A stretch of 64,000 bases of DNA from Lama glama (Eukaryota), in the NCBI GenBank assembly GCA_028534125.1, contig CM052832.1:18292001-18356000 (forward strand), given 5' to 3'. Under the pieces are notes generated by a model that searched no databases, was not told the DNA's origin, and worked only from the letters and a program-made list of their open reading frames with translations. The translations under genes were made by a program, and so were the position numbers. Shown here piece after piece: positions 13,531 through 26,222 of the stretch. Numbering within the stretch: position 1 is the stretch's first letter; each line of letters begins with the position of its first letter.

Positions 13531-14131
13531 GAGGTACGTTTTCTTTCCAGGTACTTCACCTTCCTGGACCAACCGTGGAAACTAAAACATCAAGAGTATA
13601 CGCTCTTTTCTGTTATCCTTACCTTCTTCCATAAAATTGGAATCAGGTAATTCTAGTATAGAGAAAATCTTTGAAAATGACTTTGGGTAAACACTAGGGG
13701 TTTCTGAGACCATTATAAATACCTTGAAAAAGTGCTCAGGCATGAATTCATTTTGAATTGCTATCTCCCTATCTGAACTTCAGCTCAGGTCTGATTTCTG
13801 AAAACTCGCCTGCTTCTATCTTCCCCGCTTGATGTTCTTCCAAGAATTTACCTACATCCAGTGCATGACTACTCTACTCCTGAGTATTTTGATGTTTGGA
13901 ATTAATATCTCAAACAGAAATTTTCAGTATTTCCTCCTTCTAGAGCCCTCTTATCATTCCTCTTGAGAAGCCAGATTGTAGAGAGGAAGCATCAGTTAAA
14001 GAATTTTCAAAACTGCTTTCAGATGTTGGCTAAATTTTATTAAAAAAAAAACTGTTTTGCTTGCTAAAACTTTCTATCACTACACATGCAGTATATGCAA
14101 CATAAATTAAATATAACAAAAATTCATCTTG

Positions 14132-14215
14132 CCATGAATGACTGAAAAATTGTGCTGAACAGTGGAATTTGACACAACACTGTAAAATGAGTATGAATCA
14201 ATAAAAAATGTAAAG
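14132..14215 (+). mobile_element. very short 5'-truncated L1 with 14-bp target-site duplication
   Basis: AAAAATTCATCTTG at 14118-14131 and 14216-14229 flanks an L1 3' end similar to the one at 62180-62260. Confidence 0.85.
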
Positions 14216-14729
14216 AAAAATTCATCTTGTATTAAACTTGCAATCAATCCATCAGGAAATGAAGATAAGCAAAAAGAAGGATGTAAAAATACTTAAAAAG
14301 GAAAAAAAATTCTTAGTCCTGAAATTACCAATAACTTCCCATCTTATATTAAACTTTTTTTCTTCTTGAGTTTTCTATTCACACATGTCCTAGAGGATTT
14401 TTAAGTGTTGACACTTTCTTCTACAAACCCATATATAGACAAATATTCACGGCCCAGGTTAGGAATTCAGTAAATGCAGCTTTCGTTTTGTAAGGAATGC
14501 CAGCACTCAAATCCTGCAGGGATCCTGAGAAAAATTACAAGCAAAGTGAGCTCTGTTCGTCTTCGTACTGTGGAGCATTTTTGTTGCCTCACGGGATTCA
14601 GGGAACTAAGCCCTTCTTCGCTCATTCAAGACACAACTCATTTCAATGAAGCGCATATGACACACTCAAGACAAGGTCCCAAAATCTCTCCAGGAAGAAA
14701 GTGTATTGTCTCGAAAATGCACGTGTCAC

Positions 14730-14801
14730 GGCCCCATGGTGTAATGGTTAGCACTCTGGACTTTGAATCCAGCGATCCGAGTTCAAGTCTCGGTGGGACC
14801 T
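14730..14801 (+). tRNA. TRNAQ-UUG: tRNA-Gln (TTG)
   Basis: GGCCCCATGGTGTAATGG...CTTTGAA...GGTGGGACCT, 72 nt; T-loop TTCAAGT variant; TTTT downstream. Confidence 0.96.
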
Positions 14802-15256
14802 AACGCTCTTTTAGTGTCCTCCATTCGAGTCTCTTAAATCACCGTGGTACCTCGAGGAGGCTACAGACACCTTAGCATTTGAGCTGCCCATCAGCAACGA
14901 GAACAGCATCCCCCACGCTTTCCTCTGGGATTTCATATCTGGCCCCTCCTTCGTTGAATCAGAGCCCCCTCAGATATTTGCAAATTTAGATTATTGTCTG
15001 CGTGACTTTTCGCGGTTCCCATCCCGGACCTCAGTTCTGGGTTCGAGTTCCATTAGTTTCTAACCCACACCGGGTCCAGAGATTTTCGTAGTTCCTGGGA
15101 GCCCTGGTTGTCGCGTGGAGCCTCTGCTGTCTGGGATACATCAGATTCTCAATATTTAAAAACCGAAAATTATAGTTCACAAAATACTTGGTATGCTGGG
15201 TTCTTCAATGAATTTTCATAAAAATTCCACCAAAAAAAAAAAAAATCACTCATGGT

Positions 15257-15328
15257 GGCCCCATGGTGTAATGGTTAGCACTCTGGACTTTGAATCCAGT
15301 GATCCGAGTTCAAATCTCGGTGGGACCT
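15257..15328 (+). tRNA. TRNAQ-UUG: tRNA-Gln (TTG)
   Basis: 72 nt; differs from the previous copy at two positions; T5 terminator. Confidence 0.96.
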
Positions 15329-15668
15329 ACTTAAGTTTTTGGTGGCCTGTTTTCCTCAAATCGACAATGTATACTGTTTTATGGATATAACCTTCCCACC
15401 CATGCTTTCTCCTTCTGGAAGGTAACTCTTCTCGGTCTCTTGAAAAGTATCCTCTTTATATCATCTTGGGTCTTTGTGGAATACTATCCACTCTCTCGAC
15501 ATCTACACTTCCCTGGATTTCCTAAAGTCAGCCCTGTTGTTTGCGTGTTCAGGGTCTTAAAAGATCATGTGTCAGAGGCCCCTCTTGCAAATCTTTTTTT
15601 CTCTGAAGCCCTCTTAAAACATCGGCCTGATGCAAGAATATTCATAAGAACTGTAGTAGAAGGCAGAC

Positions 15669-15745
15669 AGTTTCTCATGTCAGGATCTGAGTTAGCACTG
15701 TGGACTCTGAATCCAGCAATTTGAGTCCAAATCTCTTTGGGACCT
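15669..15745 (+). pseudogene. degenerate tRNA-Gln (CTG-like) relic
   Basis: GTTAGCACTGTGGACTCTGAATCCAGCAATTTGAGTCCAAATCTCTTTGGGACCT aligns to tRNA-Gln; A and B boxes damaged. Confidence 0.85.
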
Positions 15746-16256
15746 TAGCAACATCTTACTAATTTCCCTCTGTGGTTCTCTTAAAGCGTTAAGCCAGATG
15801 TACACATCTGGCTGCAGGCACTGTCAGTTACTTCGAAATCAACACCTAAAGCAACATAGAGCCACTGGCCAACAGACATTATCTCTGACTACCCACCTCC
15901 AGAATTCTAGCCCTTCTCTCCCTTACACATGATGTCCCTTTTTTCCTTTTTGCCCAGAGTTCTTCCAATTCTGTGAAGTTAGAATCCTGGCTCCAGCGAT
16001 AAAGAGTTTATATTTTATGATCCCTGCAACTCAAGTCCTTCCTTTCCTGGAGCCTACTTAGAGTGCTCCAGTGGCTTCCAAACACTAACATTGTCTTGAA
16101 AAAGTTCCCACTACACAGTGATACCCTTGTTGAGTATGTCTTAGTACATTAGAGACGGTTCTAACTCCTTTAGCTTATGTGTTGTCTGCATTATTTTGGA
16201 GAATAACTGGCATTTTAGAAGTGTACATCAGTCTTTCAGTAGAGATCCAACTTTAA

Positions 16257-16307
16257 GGCCCTCATAATGTAGTGGTTAGCACCTGGACTTCAAATCTCAG
16301 TGGATCT
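16257..16307 (+). pseudogene. internally deleted tRNA-Gln relic
   Basis: GGCCCTCATAATGTAGTGGTTAGCACCTGGACTT|CAAATCTCAGTGGATCT: 5' half joined directly to the T-loop. Confidence 0.75.
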
Positions 16308-16835
16308 GTCTCAATTTTGGTGACCTTGCCTTCACATCTTCCTGAACCAGGAATACACCCTGATATATAGACACTCCTGTAGACTTGCATTTCTCCTCCT
16401 CCATCAACATCCAGCTCTTTGGTCTTTCCCCTGGATGCTGAAAATTGCCCTCTCCCCAACATCCTCATGTTTTGCTAGAATATCTCCTCTCGATGCTTAT
16501 TTTTTCTTTGCCTAGAGCCTGCATGAAGTCAGTCAGATCCTCATAAGTTAATTTTTTGCTTAGGTTATTAAGAGTTCATATGTCAGAGGCCCCACCTGTG
16601 ACTCTTCTCTGGCGCTCAGGCAAATGCTCTGTAGGCTAATCTGAACCAAGACATGAAAATGTCCAAACCATAGAGTGATACCCTCGCTAACATTGTCATC
16701 TGAGATCTTCCATTGTCTATATATAGGAGGCTCTCTCTTACTGTTTCTTAGATTGAGTTTGTGCCCAAACATTTTAAAGATCAATGAACAGATGCATTAG
16801 CATACACGTCCTTCCTTGAAGGTTTGTAATACCAA

Positions 16836-16901
16836 GGTCTTATGGTGTGATGGTTAACCCTCTGGTCTCTGAATACAGTAATCACAGCTGTCAGTGGGAC
16901 T
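16836..16901 (+). pseudogene. degenerate tRNA-Gln (CTG-like) relic
   Basis: GGTCTTATGGTGTGATGGTTAACCCTCTGGTCTCTGAATACAG...CAGTGGGACT; B box lost. Confidence 0.75.
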
Positions 16902-17077
16902 CTAAACGACTTCTGTTGACTTTCTCGCCACAGTTTCAACATGTATCTTCCAGTGCTATCAGTGACAGCAAAAGAAGAGCCCCCATGAATGCCTCTGGCT
17001 TCTTAAAATTGTTCCAGAAAAAGTCCTGCAAACTTCTTCCTGCCTAGTAAGTCCCAGTTATGGTAATATTTTAGAAT

Positions 17078-17424
17078 CTCTGTTAGTTTCCTATTGCTGA
17101 TATAGCAAGTTACCACAAATTTAATGGCTTACAACAAAAAAGATTTATTTTCTTACAGTTCTGGAGATCAGAGTCTAAAATCAAGGTGTCAGCAGGGCTG
17201 TGTTCCTTCTGGAGACTTCAGGGAAGGATCTGTTTCCTTGTCTTTTTCAGCTTCTAGTGGCCTCTTCCTTCTGTGTGTCACCTCTTGTTTCTGCAGTCAC
17301 ATTTCCTACTATTGAATCTGATCTTCCTTTGGGTCCACTTGGATAATCCAGGATAATCTCCCCATCTCCAAATCCTCAATTTAATCGTATCTGAAAAATC
17401 TTTTACCATGTAAGGTAACATATT
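17078..17424 (-). mobile_element. MaLR LTR (MLT1B/C-like), truncated where the adjacent L1 begins
   Basis: TTAGTTTCCTATTGCTG...TTACCACAAATTTAATGGCTT...TCTTACAGTTCTGGAG...TCAAGGTGTCAGCAGGGCTG. Confidence 0.8.
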
Positions 17425-19293
17425 TTTAGATTCCACATACAAATGAAATCATATAGTATTTGTCTTTCTCTAGCTGATTTATTTCATTTAGCATAATACT
17501 TTCAAAGTCCACGTTGTCATGAATGGAAGGATTTCCTTCTTTCTCCTGGCTGAAAACTATTCCATTGTATATATTTACCACATTTTCTTTATCTATTCAT
17601 CCGTTGACAGAACTTAGGTTCTTTCCATAGCTTGGCTATTGTGAATAATGCTGCAATAAACATGGAAATGCACATATCTTTTTAATATCTTGTTTTTATT
17701 TCTTTTGGATAAATGCCCACAAGTGGAATTTCTGGATCATACAGTAATTTTATTTTTAACTTTTTGAGATCCCTTCATATTGTTTTCCTTAGTGACTACA
17801 CCAATTTACATTCCCATCAACAGTGCACAGGGGTTCCCTTTCCTCCACATCCTCACCAACACTTGTTATCTCGTCTTTTTGATGATAGCCATTCCAACAG
17901 ATGTGAGGTGATATCACATTGTGGTTTTGATTTGCATTTCCCTGATGATTAGTGATGCTGAGCATCTTTTCATATGCCAGTTGGCCATTTGGATATTTTC
18001 TTTGGAGAAATGTCTATTTGGTTCCACTGTCTATTTTAAAATCAGATTGTTTTTGGTTTTCTTACTGAGTTGTATGAGTTCTTTATATATTTTGAATATT
18101 AACCCCTTATATGATATATGGTTTGCAAATATTTTCTCCCATTCCATAGGTTGTCTTTTTATTTTGTTGATGGTTTCTTTTGCTGTGCGGAAGGTTTTAG
18201 TTTGATGTAGTCCAACTTGTTGATTTTTTTCTTTTGTTGTTTGTATTTTTGGTGTCAAAAAATCATTGCCAAGGTTAATGTCAAGGAGATTTTGCTCTAT
18301 GTTTTCTTCTTGGACTTTTACAGTTTCAGGTCTTATGTTTAGGTTTTTAATGCATTTTCAGTTAATTTTTGTGAGTGGTGTGAGATAGAGGTCCAATTTC
18401 ATTTTTCTATATGTGATTATCCAGTTTCCCCAACACCATTTATTGAGGATATTGTTCTTCCCTATTGGGAATATTTTTTGGCTCCCTTGTTAAATATTAA
18501 TTGACCATATAGGTGGGAGTTTATTTCTGGACTCTGTATTCTATTCTATTGGTCTGTGTCTATTTTTAATGCCTATGTCTACTGTTTTGAGTACTATAAC
18601 TTTGTAGTGTAGTTTGAAATCAGGCAGAGTGATGCCTCCAGCTTTGTTTGTTTTTTTTTTTTTCTCAGAATTGCTTTGATTATTCAGGGTCTTTTGTAGT
18701 TCCAAACAAATTTTAGGATTTTTTTCCTATTTGTTAAAAACTGCTATTGGAATTTTGATGGAGATTGCTCAAATCCATAGATGGCTTTGAGTAGTATGGA
18801 TATTTTAACAATATTAATTCTTCTACTCCATGGTCATGGGATAGCTTTCCACTTGTTTGTGTCTTCTTCAATTCCTTTCATCTAAGTCTTGTAATTTTCA
18901 TTGTACCATTCTTTCACTTTTTTGATTAAATTTCTTCCTAAGTATTTTATTGCTTTTGATTTTATTGTGAATGGGGTTACTTTACTTCTTTTTAAGATAT
19001 TTCATCACTAGTGTATAGGAATGCAACTGATTTCTGTATATTGATTTTATATCCTACAACTTTACAAAATTTGTTGGTTAGTTTCAAAAGGTTTTTGGTT
19101 GAGTCTTTAGTATTTTCTACATATAAGATCATATTCATCTGCAAATTAAGACTATTTTCTTTCTTTCTTTCTTATTTGGATGCTTTTTATTTTTTATCTT
19201 GTCTTATTGCTCTTGCTAAGACTTCCATTACTATGCCGAATAAGAGTGGTGAGAGTAGACACCCTTGTCTAGTTCTTGATCTTAAAGGAAAGG
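17425..19293 (-). mobile_element. LINE-1 fragment (3' part of ORF2), about 1.9 kb
   Basis: Minus-strand TAKETINKIKRQPMEWEKIFANHISYKGLIFKIYKELIQL; T-rich + strand; many stops. Confidence 0.93.
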
Positions 19294-19717
19294 TGTTAAT
19301 GTCTCATATGGAGAATACTCCTCCTGCTGAGGAGTTATATGAATATAACTAGTTTAATGATGGCTTAATATACATAGTTGAAAAGAAATGACAAAATTCA
19401 ACTTGATTTTTAAAACAAGAGTAGTCACTAAGTCCATTCTTCTCTGTTAGGTTCTCTCATTTTCCCTTAGTAAGAATATTTTGTAATTTTCTTCAGATCC
19501 ACATCTTTGGCCGGCTCCCCTCCCTCCCTGGACTGTAGTCTCTTCCTTATTTTTACTCCCTTTAACAAAGTAAGAGGGCCATTTGTAGAAACCAAAGACT
19601 TTGTCTTCATTAGTGAAAAACAACAACGATGAGAACAAAATAATAATATGATTTCCTAAGCAGAAGATAATAGAAAGAAAAGAAACATAATACTTATCCA
19701 GATCACCTCGCGCCAGT

Positions 19718-19799
19718 GACGAGGTGGCCGAGTGGTTAAGGCGATGGACTGCTAATCCATTGTGCTCTGCACGCGTGGGTTCGAATCCCATCCTCGTCG
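19718..19799 (+). tRNA. TRNAS-GCU: tRNA-Ser (GCT)
   Basis: GACGAGGTGGCCGAGTGG...CTGCTAA...CCTCGTCG, 82 nt. Confidence 0.98.
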
Positions 19800-21072
19800 T
19801 CTACACTGTAGTGTGAGAGTAAGGTTTTAACCTGCTTGTTGGTAGCTGTTGTGCTGCAGGCAGCGGATGGGGCGAATGATCGCTGTTAACACCCATCATC
19901 AGCACATTTTATAGAGGAATTAGGAGGTTTGCGTCATATCACATGTATGGGAGAGTTAAAAATCTAACTCTGCTCCATCTGCCCAGGCACAGGTGTGCTC
20001 ACCTGTTCTCCAGCTTCTCCATCTGTATCAAAAACTCAGATTTTGGACCCTCTGCCTTACTCTATGAGTTTTGAGTCAACTAGTCTTCCGCCTCCCTCCT
20101 GCTTGTGTTCCAGGAGTGGTGGCAAATTACACGCCACTAGGGAGTAGTAATTCTATACTGTATACTCAACCCCTTTCTGTAGCTTACTGTAAGGCGAAAA
20201 CAGGGGGCAGGTGAGATTTTCATGGGATTATGTGCTAAAATTCAGATCTAAGAGGCAGAAGATGATCAAAGAAGGAAGAAACAGAGTCTGGAGCACTTGG
20301 AAAAGACCCTTGTTTATTCATCTAAAATACAAAGAGGAGAATGATGCCTTCATTTGAGGATTCACGGAAGGGACTGTAAAGATTATCTCTTTGAAAGTCC
20401 ACGGCCCGCACCCCCCCAACCCCGCCCATCACCTGTCTTTATTTTACAGATGACAAAACTGAGGTAGAGACTAGACAAATTAATTGTTAAAAAATTTATA
20501 TAACCAATTTTTCCTTACTAAGGTTCCTGGAAACCAAGTTCTTTTAGATCAAGTGGTTAAGGTGATAAAAGCCTTTCCAACATGTTCCAATCCCGTGATT
20601 GGGATTGTGAATTTTAATACCTGGAAAATCCTTCTGAAGTATGCTTGTCATAGGCCAGCAAATCTCCCAAAGGTTTTGGAGGATGGAGACCTATGAAGTA
20701 AGATTTTGAAACAATATCTGTCTTTGAATTTTCCCTAATAATTTATGGCTTTTGTGGTATATGTGGTTCAAAGAGGATTTACAAACTTTGACCCTTTAAT
20801 CTTGAAAATAGGCTCAGGAGATGATGATCCAGATTGGAAGCTGAAGTGGATTCTTGAGGAATTGGGTGATATGCTGTTTAGATTTTGCATTTTCTCCAAA
20901 AAAGAACCAGAGGTAATTGGATGCCTGATTAGTCTTCCCCTTCTTTCCCCTCCATCCTCACTTTACCTTATTTGAGAATAAGGTTGTAGGGGTACCACCC
21001 TTTTATAGCTTTGTCTTTCATCTTTGCACACTGTAAATATTCAACAGGTATGTATAAAATAATCACAGGCAT

Positions 21073-21105
<33 letters not shown>

Positions 21106-21596
21106 AGATCAAAACTTCATCCAGGTAGAATATACCTAGAGTGTTTGTCACTTCTTTTAACATACATCAGAGGATGATTTGAAATGTGCTAATCTCCTGT
21201 TCCAAATTTGGGAGGTAGACTGAGACAATTTTGCCCCTGTTCCTCACCTCTTTTAAACCCAAAGGGTATGTTTTTTTTTTTTCTTAAATACCAAAGAGAG
21301 AAGGAAAGTGCAATACATTAAGTAGAAAAGAGCTAAGCCTCTTGGTTCTTTCTTTACAATATATTCACAGAATCAGTTTCTCAACACTTCCACTGCTGCC
21401 ACTGCAGTTCAGGCCATCATGAGCCAGCCTCCCACTCTCCCCTCTCACTCCTCTCACCTTGCTCTGCTACAACCTGTCCTCAAGCTAGCAGCCAGCATGA
21501 TTCTGCTAAAAGGTACATCAAATGATGCCACTCACTGCTCTGAATTTTCCCACCCTCCACTCCCCTTTCACTCAATGTAATTACATTTGGCTTATA

Positions 21597-21845
21597 AGAG
21601 GTGGGAAGGGCTAAATTAGGAGTTAGAGATTTGCAAATATTAACTACTTATATAAAAATAGATAAATAAATTTATTCTGTAAAGCACAAGGAATTATATT
21701 CACTATCTTGTAGTAACCTATAATGAAAAAGAATATGAAAATGAATATATGTAAGTATATGTATGACTGAAGCATTATGCTGTACACAAGAAATTGGCAC
21801 ATTGTTACTGACACATTGTAACTGACTATACTTCAATTAAAAAAA
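21597..21845 (+). mobile_element. LINE-1 3' UTR fragment inserted in L2-like sequence
   Basis: GGAGTTAGAGATTTGCAAATA...TGTATGACTGAAGCATTATGCTGTACAC...GACTATACTTCAATTAAAAAAA; TTGGCTT on both flanks. Confidence 0.8.
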
Positions 21846-22806
21846 TTGGCTTTTACACTGAGTGCAAAGGCCCAGGGGCACTTGTTATTCCCTCTTCCTG
21901 GAACTCTTCTCCAATATTTCCTTGGTTCAAATCCTCACCTCTTTTAATCAAATATCACTTTCACTGGAATTTACCTGACCACTGCTCCCTATCCCCTTCC
22001 CTTTCTTGCTTTTTCCCATAGCACCTACTACCTTTTTTATTAAACACCTAATATATACCAGGAAGTATTTCAAGTGAAATAAAAGAGAAACATATCACTT
22101 ACATTATTAATGTCTAACTTTTAGTAGATACTTAACAAGTAAGTCAACTCTAATAATGGAAAGTAGTATAATAAAGTTTGGTATCTGTCTACTAATGAGT
22201 AGTGAACCACACTTCTGGAGGCCTTGTAAATCAGAAATCCTTTTTTGTAGGACTATTGGCAATTTATATCAAAAGCTTTAAATATACATACTCTTTAACT
22301 CAGAAATTCTACTGCAGCAATTTTATCCCAAGGAAATAGGACATATGCAAATAGATACCTGCTATAGGAATATAGAAAACAGTACTCTTTATAAGAATAA
22401 ATACCAGTAACAGCAGAAATGTATAATCAATAAGGGATGGGCCACATGCACTATGTTACGCCTAAATAATAGAAGACCACCAGACCATGTTAAATTATAT
22501 GAAAGAAGTCACAATGGAAAATAAATAGAATTACTAAATAAAAATTAAAAGCTGTCACTTGGCCCAAAGCAGCCCCTATCTAAACAAAAATATAGCATGT
22601 TAAAATACAGAAAACTGGAAAAATCTTTTACTCTTCTGACATGCAGAGGCTGTCTTCAACTTTTTGACCATCTCCTTTTAACTTGGCTAAGTGATGGATA
22701 AACGGGAGATGTTATGTAAAAGTTAACTGCCTCTATCACTGGGGAAACAAAGAGGTAATTATTACATGTTTTAATATTCATTGCTTTGACCTAGCAAAAG
22801 CACTAA

Positions 22807-22878
22807 TGACCTCCATGGGATTTGAACCCAACATTTGCATCTATCTGAAATCAAACACCGTATGTTCACCAGGACGTC
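22807..22878 (-). pseudogene. degenerate tRNA relic (Trp/Arg-like; anticodon position reads TCA)
   Basis: 72-nt reverse complement GACGTCCTGG...TTTGATTTCAGATAGA...GGGTTCAAATCCCATGGAGGTCA; 6/7 acceptor pairs, intact B box. Confidence 0.7.
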
Positions 22879-23586
22879 AACAATTAGAAATTAAGTTTTC
22901 TTCATCCTAAATTATTATTAAATTCAGTTATTTAGGCACACAAAAAATGTTTTTGTATATTTCACGCAGCTATCTTCTCTGCCTTCCTGTTTGCATACAC
23001 ACTCTGAAAACATCTGGGCTCTCTTAATGGCCTTAACATTCTGCTTTGTAATTTAGGTTTGGACATGAGTTCTCATTCTTTTGATGGCAACAAAACCAAA
23101 GGAAAAGAGAAAGTTAGGATGGAAAAGATAGGCGAAGAGTGAAAACCAGTGACAGGCTTTACTCCAGCAGCAACTGGAACTCAGACTAGAAGAGAAATGT
23201 GAAGAAGACGTTGTGGCCTTGGGGGAAGCCATCAGGAAGAAGCAGCAGCAGGGTTCCCCCTGTGCTGTTCACTGGGGCCTCAGTTACAGAGAGCTCGGCT
23301 TACAGGGCAGAATTCCCTTTTCAAAGAGGCTCAACACAAGCCCAGCCTGTGAAGCTGAAAGTCCGGCACTCAAATCCAAATTTGGGGAGAACTTGAGACC
23401 CCTCCCAAATTATTAGAAGGGCTTATTTCAGTTTTGAATTTCAGCCACTCTTCATCCCTGACACCGTTCTCCCAAGCTTTTGAGAATAATCTTTTAAAAA
23501 TAGAACAGGAAGAAAAGGGTTCGGAAAACACATGACTTTGAACCTCCTACATAGCAATTACTACAGAAGCGCAAAAAAACAGCTGC

Positions 23587-23659
23587 TAACCACGAAGAAA
23601 TTCGAACTCTCAATCTTCTGATTCGAAGTCAGATGCTTTATCCGTTAGGTCACATGGTC
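23587..23659 (-). pseudogene. tRNA-Arg (TCG) pseudogene
   Basis: 73-nt colinear copy of 6420-6492 with about 10 substitutions affecting A box, D stem and T stem. Confidence 0.9.
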
Positions 23660-25271
23660 CCTGAGGGTGGCATTTTGCTGAGCCACTTAGACAGCATAAT
23701 GAAAGTATTGTGAGCTTTCTGACCTCGTCCTGAGTTGTGAAAGTCACATCATGACAAAAAGGCAGTGGCCTCCGCGCCTCCCGCGCTTTTCGTCATTAGA
23801 AAAATGGAAACTCTAGATTACCAGGGTTATCTGGGGCGACGAGGGTAAGCATCGATAATTATTTCGGTCTTGCTGGATATGGGTACTCCATCGACAGAAA
23901 AGTCATTTACTGTACGACCTTCTAGCAGAGAAACTGAAGTTCGTGGCAACTAAATAATGCCAAAAGATTGCATATTGCCTGCATCGAGGGTTATTTTTGA
24001 ATAAAGAGAACTCAGAGTGTCTTTCTTATTAATACTCACACTCACCATTTTCAAACACTAGGCATTTGGGATGCCTACCTGGACAGTTGTCAGGGAAACC
24101 GCACCCCGAAGGCAGTCTTACTACATATACATATATGGCAGTATCTACATGATTGTTTTTCTTGTCACCTGGCAGGGATATCTGCAGGCCCCTAGGCATA
24201 ACAATTTCCCCCTTTCCCATGGTCTTCTGGTATTTCCCAGATTATTATAATGTGACATCAAAGCACTTTGTCACAATATATCTCTATCTGTTTGAAGAAA
24301 AGAATAGGTTTCTCGGGGTTTTCAAGAAGTCCAGGGCCATTACTATTATTTGAGGCTCCCATATATTAAAATATAAATACTACAGTAGAATTACAAAAAA
24401 TTTGACTGTAACAAATTTTACATTTGATAGATGAATCAACATAAAAACCTGCTGCAATAAAATCATTTTATCGTCAAAACATTTATAATGTTCAGTAGAG
24501 GGCTTGGCCCTATAACGTGATATAAATTTAAAGTTATATTTTGGAAGTCTTCTTTCAAACTTGTCAGTGAATCTCTGTCTGTGACCTCATGCACATTGTT
24601 TGAAGATAATATCAACAGTCTTCACATTAGTCATTTCCTGAATTTTCCTAAATCCCAGACCCTGGGAGCATTGGCCTTTCTGGCTCATTTGTGATAAGTG
24701 TAGGATTTTCTTGACTAATAAATTAGGATCTTCTGGAGTACAGAAATGGGTCCTTTCACATGGTCTTTCTTTCCTGCCTGCAGAATAACATCTGGCAAAT
24801 AGTAGGAGCTCAGTATAAATATGCTGAATTTCTCATAAACATATATTTTTGATTTTTTGCGTTTAACTTTAAGGTGGAGATTATGTAACAAAAAGATCCT
24901 TCTATCCTGGAAATATTTGAATATGGAGTTGTTCTCTCCTTTTTTTCATGGAAGCAGGAAGATGGTGGCTAAATCATCATGGGTAGTGTTGGTGGAAGTG
25001 GTGAGAAGTGGTTGAATTCTGGATATGTTTTGAAGGGTTTGCTGATTGGATTGAGGGTGTGAGATAAATAGGGAAGTCATATTCATCTCCACAATTTTTT
25101 ATGGTAACAACAAAGTTTCCATTTACTGAGATGGGGACCACTGCAGAAGGAGTGCTTTGAAGGTGGAGTGTGTGTGGTTAGGGTGAGAAGTTCTGTTTGG
25201 ACATGTTAAGTTTGAGTTGTGCACTGAACATCCATGTGGGGATGACCAGTTTGGAGTGGTCAACATAAGAT

Positions 25272-25345
25272 TATACACACACACACACACACAAACATCT
25301 GTATATATATATATGTATGTATGTGTGTGTGTATATATATATGTA

Positions 25346-25381
<36 letters not shown>

Positions 25382-25408
25382 CACACACATATATATATAT
25401 ATATATAT
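25272..25408. repeat. compound (CA)n/(TA)n/(TG)n microsatellite
   Basis: Directly visible dinucleotide runs. Confidence 0.95.
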
Positions 25409-26148
25409 TGTTATTTCTCCAGCCTGTGGGAGACTTCATCTTTCAGAAGATCATCATCGAGCAAACCCAGCCAAAATAATTTTTGAGCATGACTGGTGTT
25501 TTGCTTTCCATGGCTTTCCCCCTCAAGCAAAAAAGATCAACTGTGTCATCCCTGAAGATGGAGGACAAGAAAGCCTTCTCTAGTATTTGCTTGTGCATAT
25601 CTTTTTCCTGTTGTGTCTGCACTTTTTCCTTTGTTGTAATAAATCCTAACTTTGGGTATATGTTGATTCATGTGAATCCTTCCAGTGAATCACCAACTAC
25701 TGGGTGGTCATGGGGCTACTGGAAATAAGTATCATTTTTCCCTTGGTCCCATTGCACTTAGTATACAATCTTTTTAAAGAAATATCTGTATTACACATAC
25801 TTGTGTATACCTTATACATATATTATACATACATCTTTACATATTTACTTGCTTAAGAGCGTGTCTATACTGTACGCTACTTAATGTCTTTTCTTAGCGC
25901 CTAGCACAGTATCTAACACATAAATATTTGAATAGTAATCCTTTCTGAGAGAGGAAAATATAAAACAGTCCATATGTATACTTTAGAAAATGAGCATAGA
26001 GAATAATTCTGTTAGATTGTAAATGAAGGTAGAGACACATTTACCAGCAGTGGTTGAAGTGGTTTTCCCTGGTCAGAGTACATTTGTGGCCACCCAAACT
26101 CTGCACTGTCTCAAACTGCTACTTATTTATTCCAGAGAGTAAATCTCT

Positions 26149-26222
26149 GGTAGTTGCAAAGAATCTGCGTCAAGATGGTCCAAATTTCTTGTTGGTCACC
26201 TTAACCACATGGTCATAATTAC
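26149..26222 (-). pseudogene. highly decayed tRNA-Ser (AGA-like) relic
   Basis: ATTTCTTGTTGGTCACCTTAACCACATGGTCATAATTAC aligns without gaps to ATTTCTAGTCCATCGCCTTAACCACTCGGCCACGACTAC of the Ser-AGA gene. Confidence 0.65.

Noticed and set aside
20545..20600. AAGTGGTTAAGGTGAT...GTTCCAATCCC, a possible tRNA-Ser remnant
   Set aside because: Only two short motifs and no stems; too weak to call.
25123..25583. ORFs rich in HT/YI/VC repeats (also 54385-54729)
   Set aside because: Translations of microsatellites.
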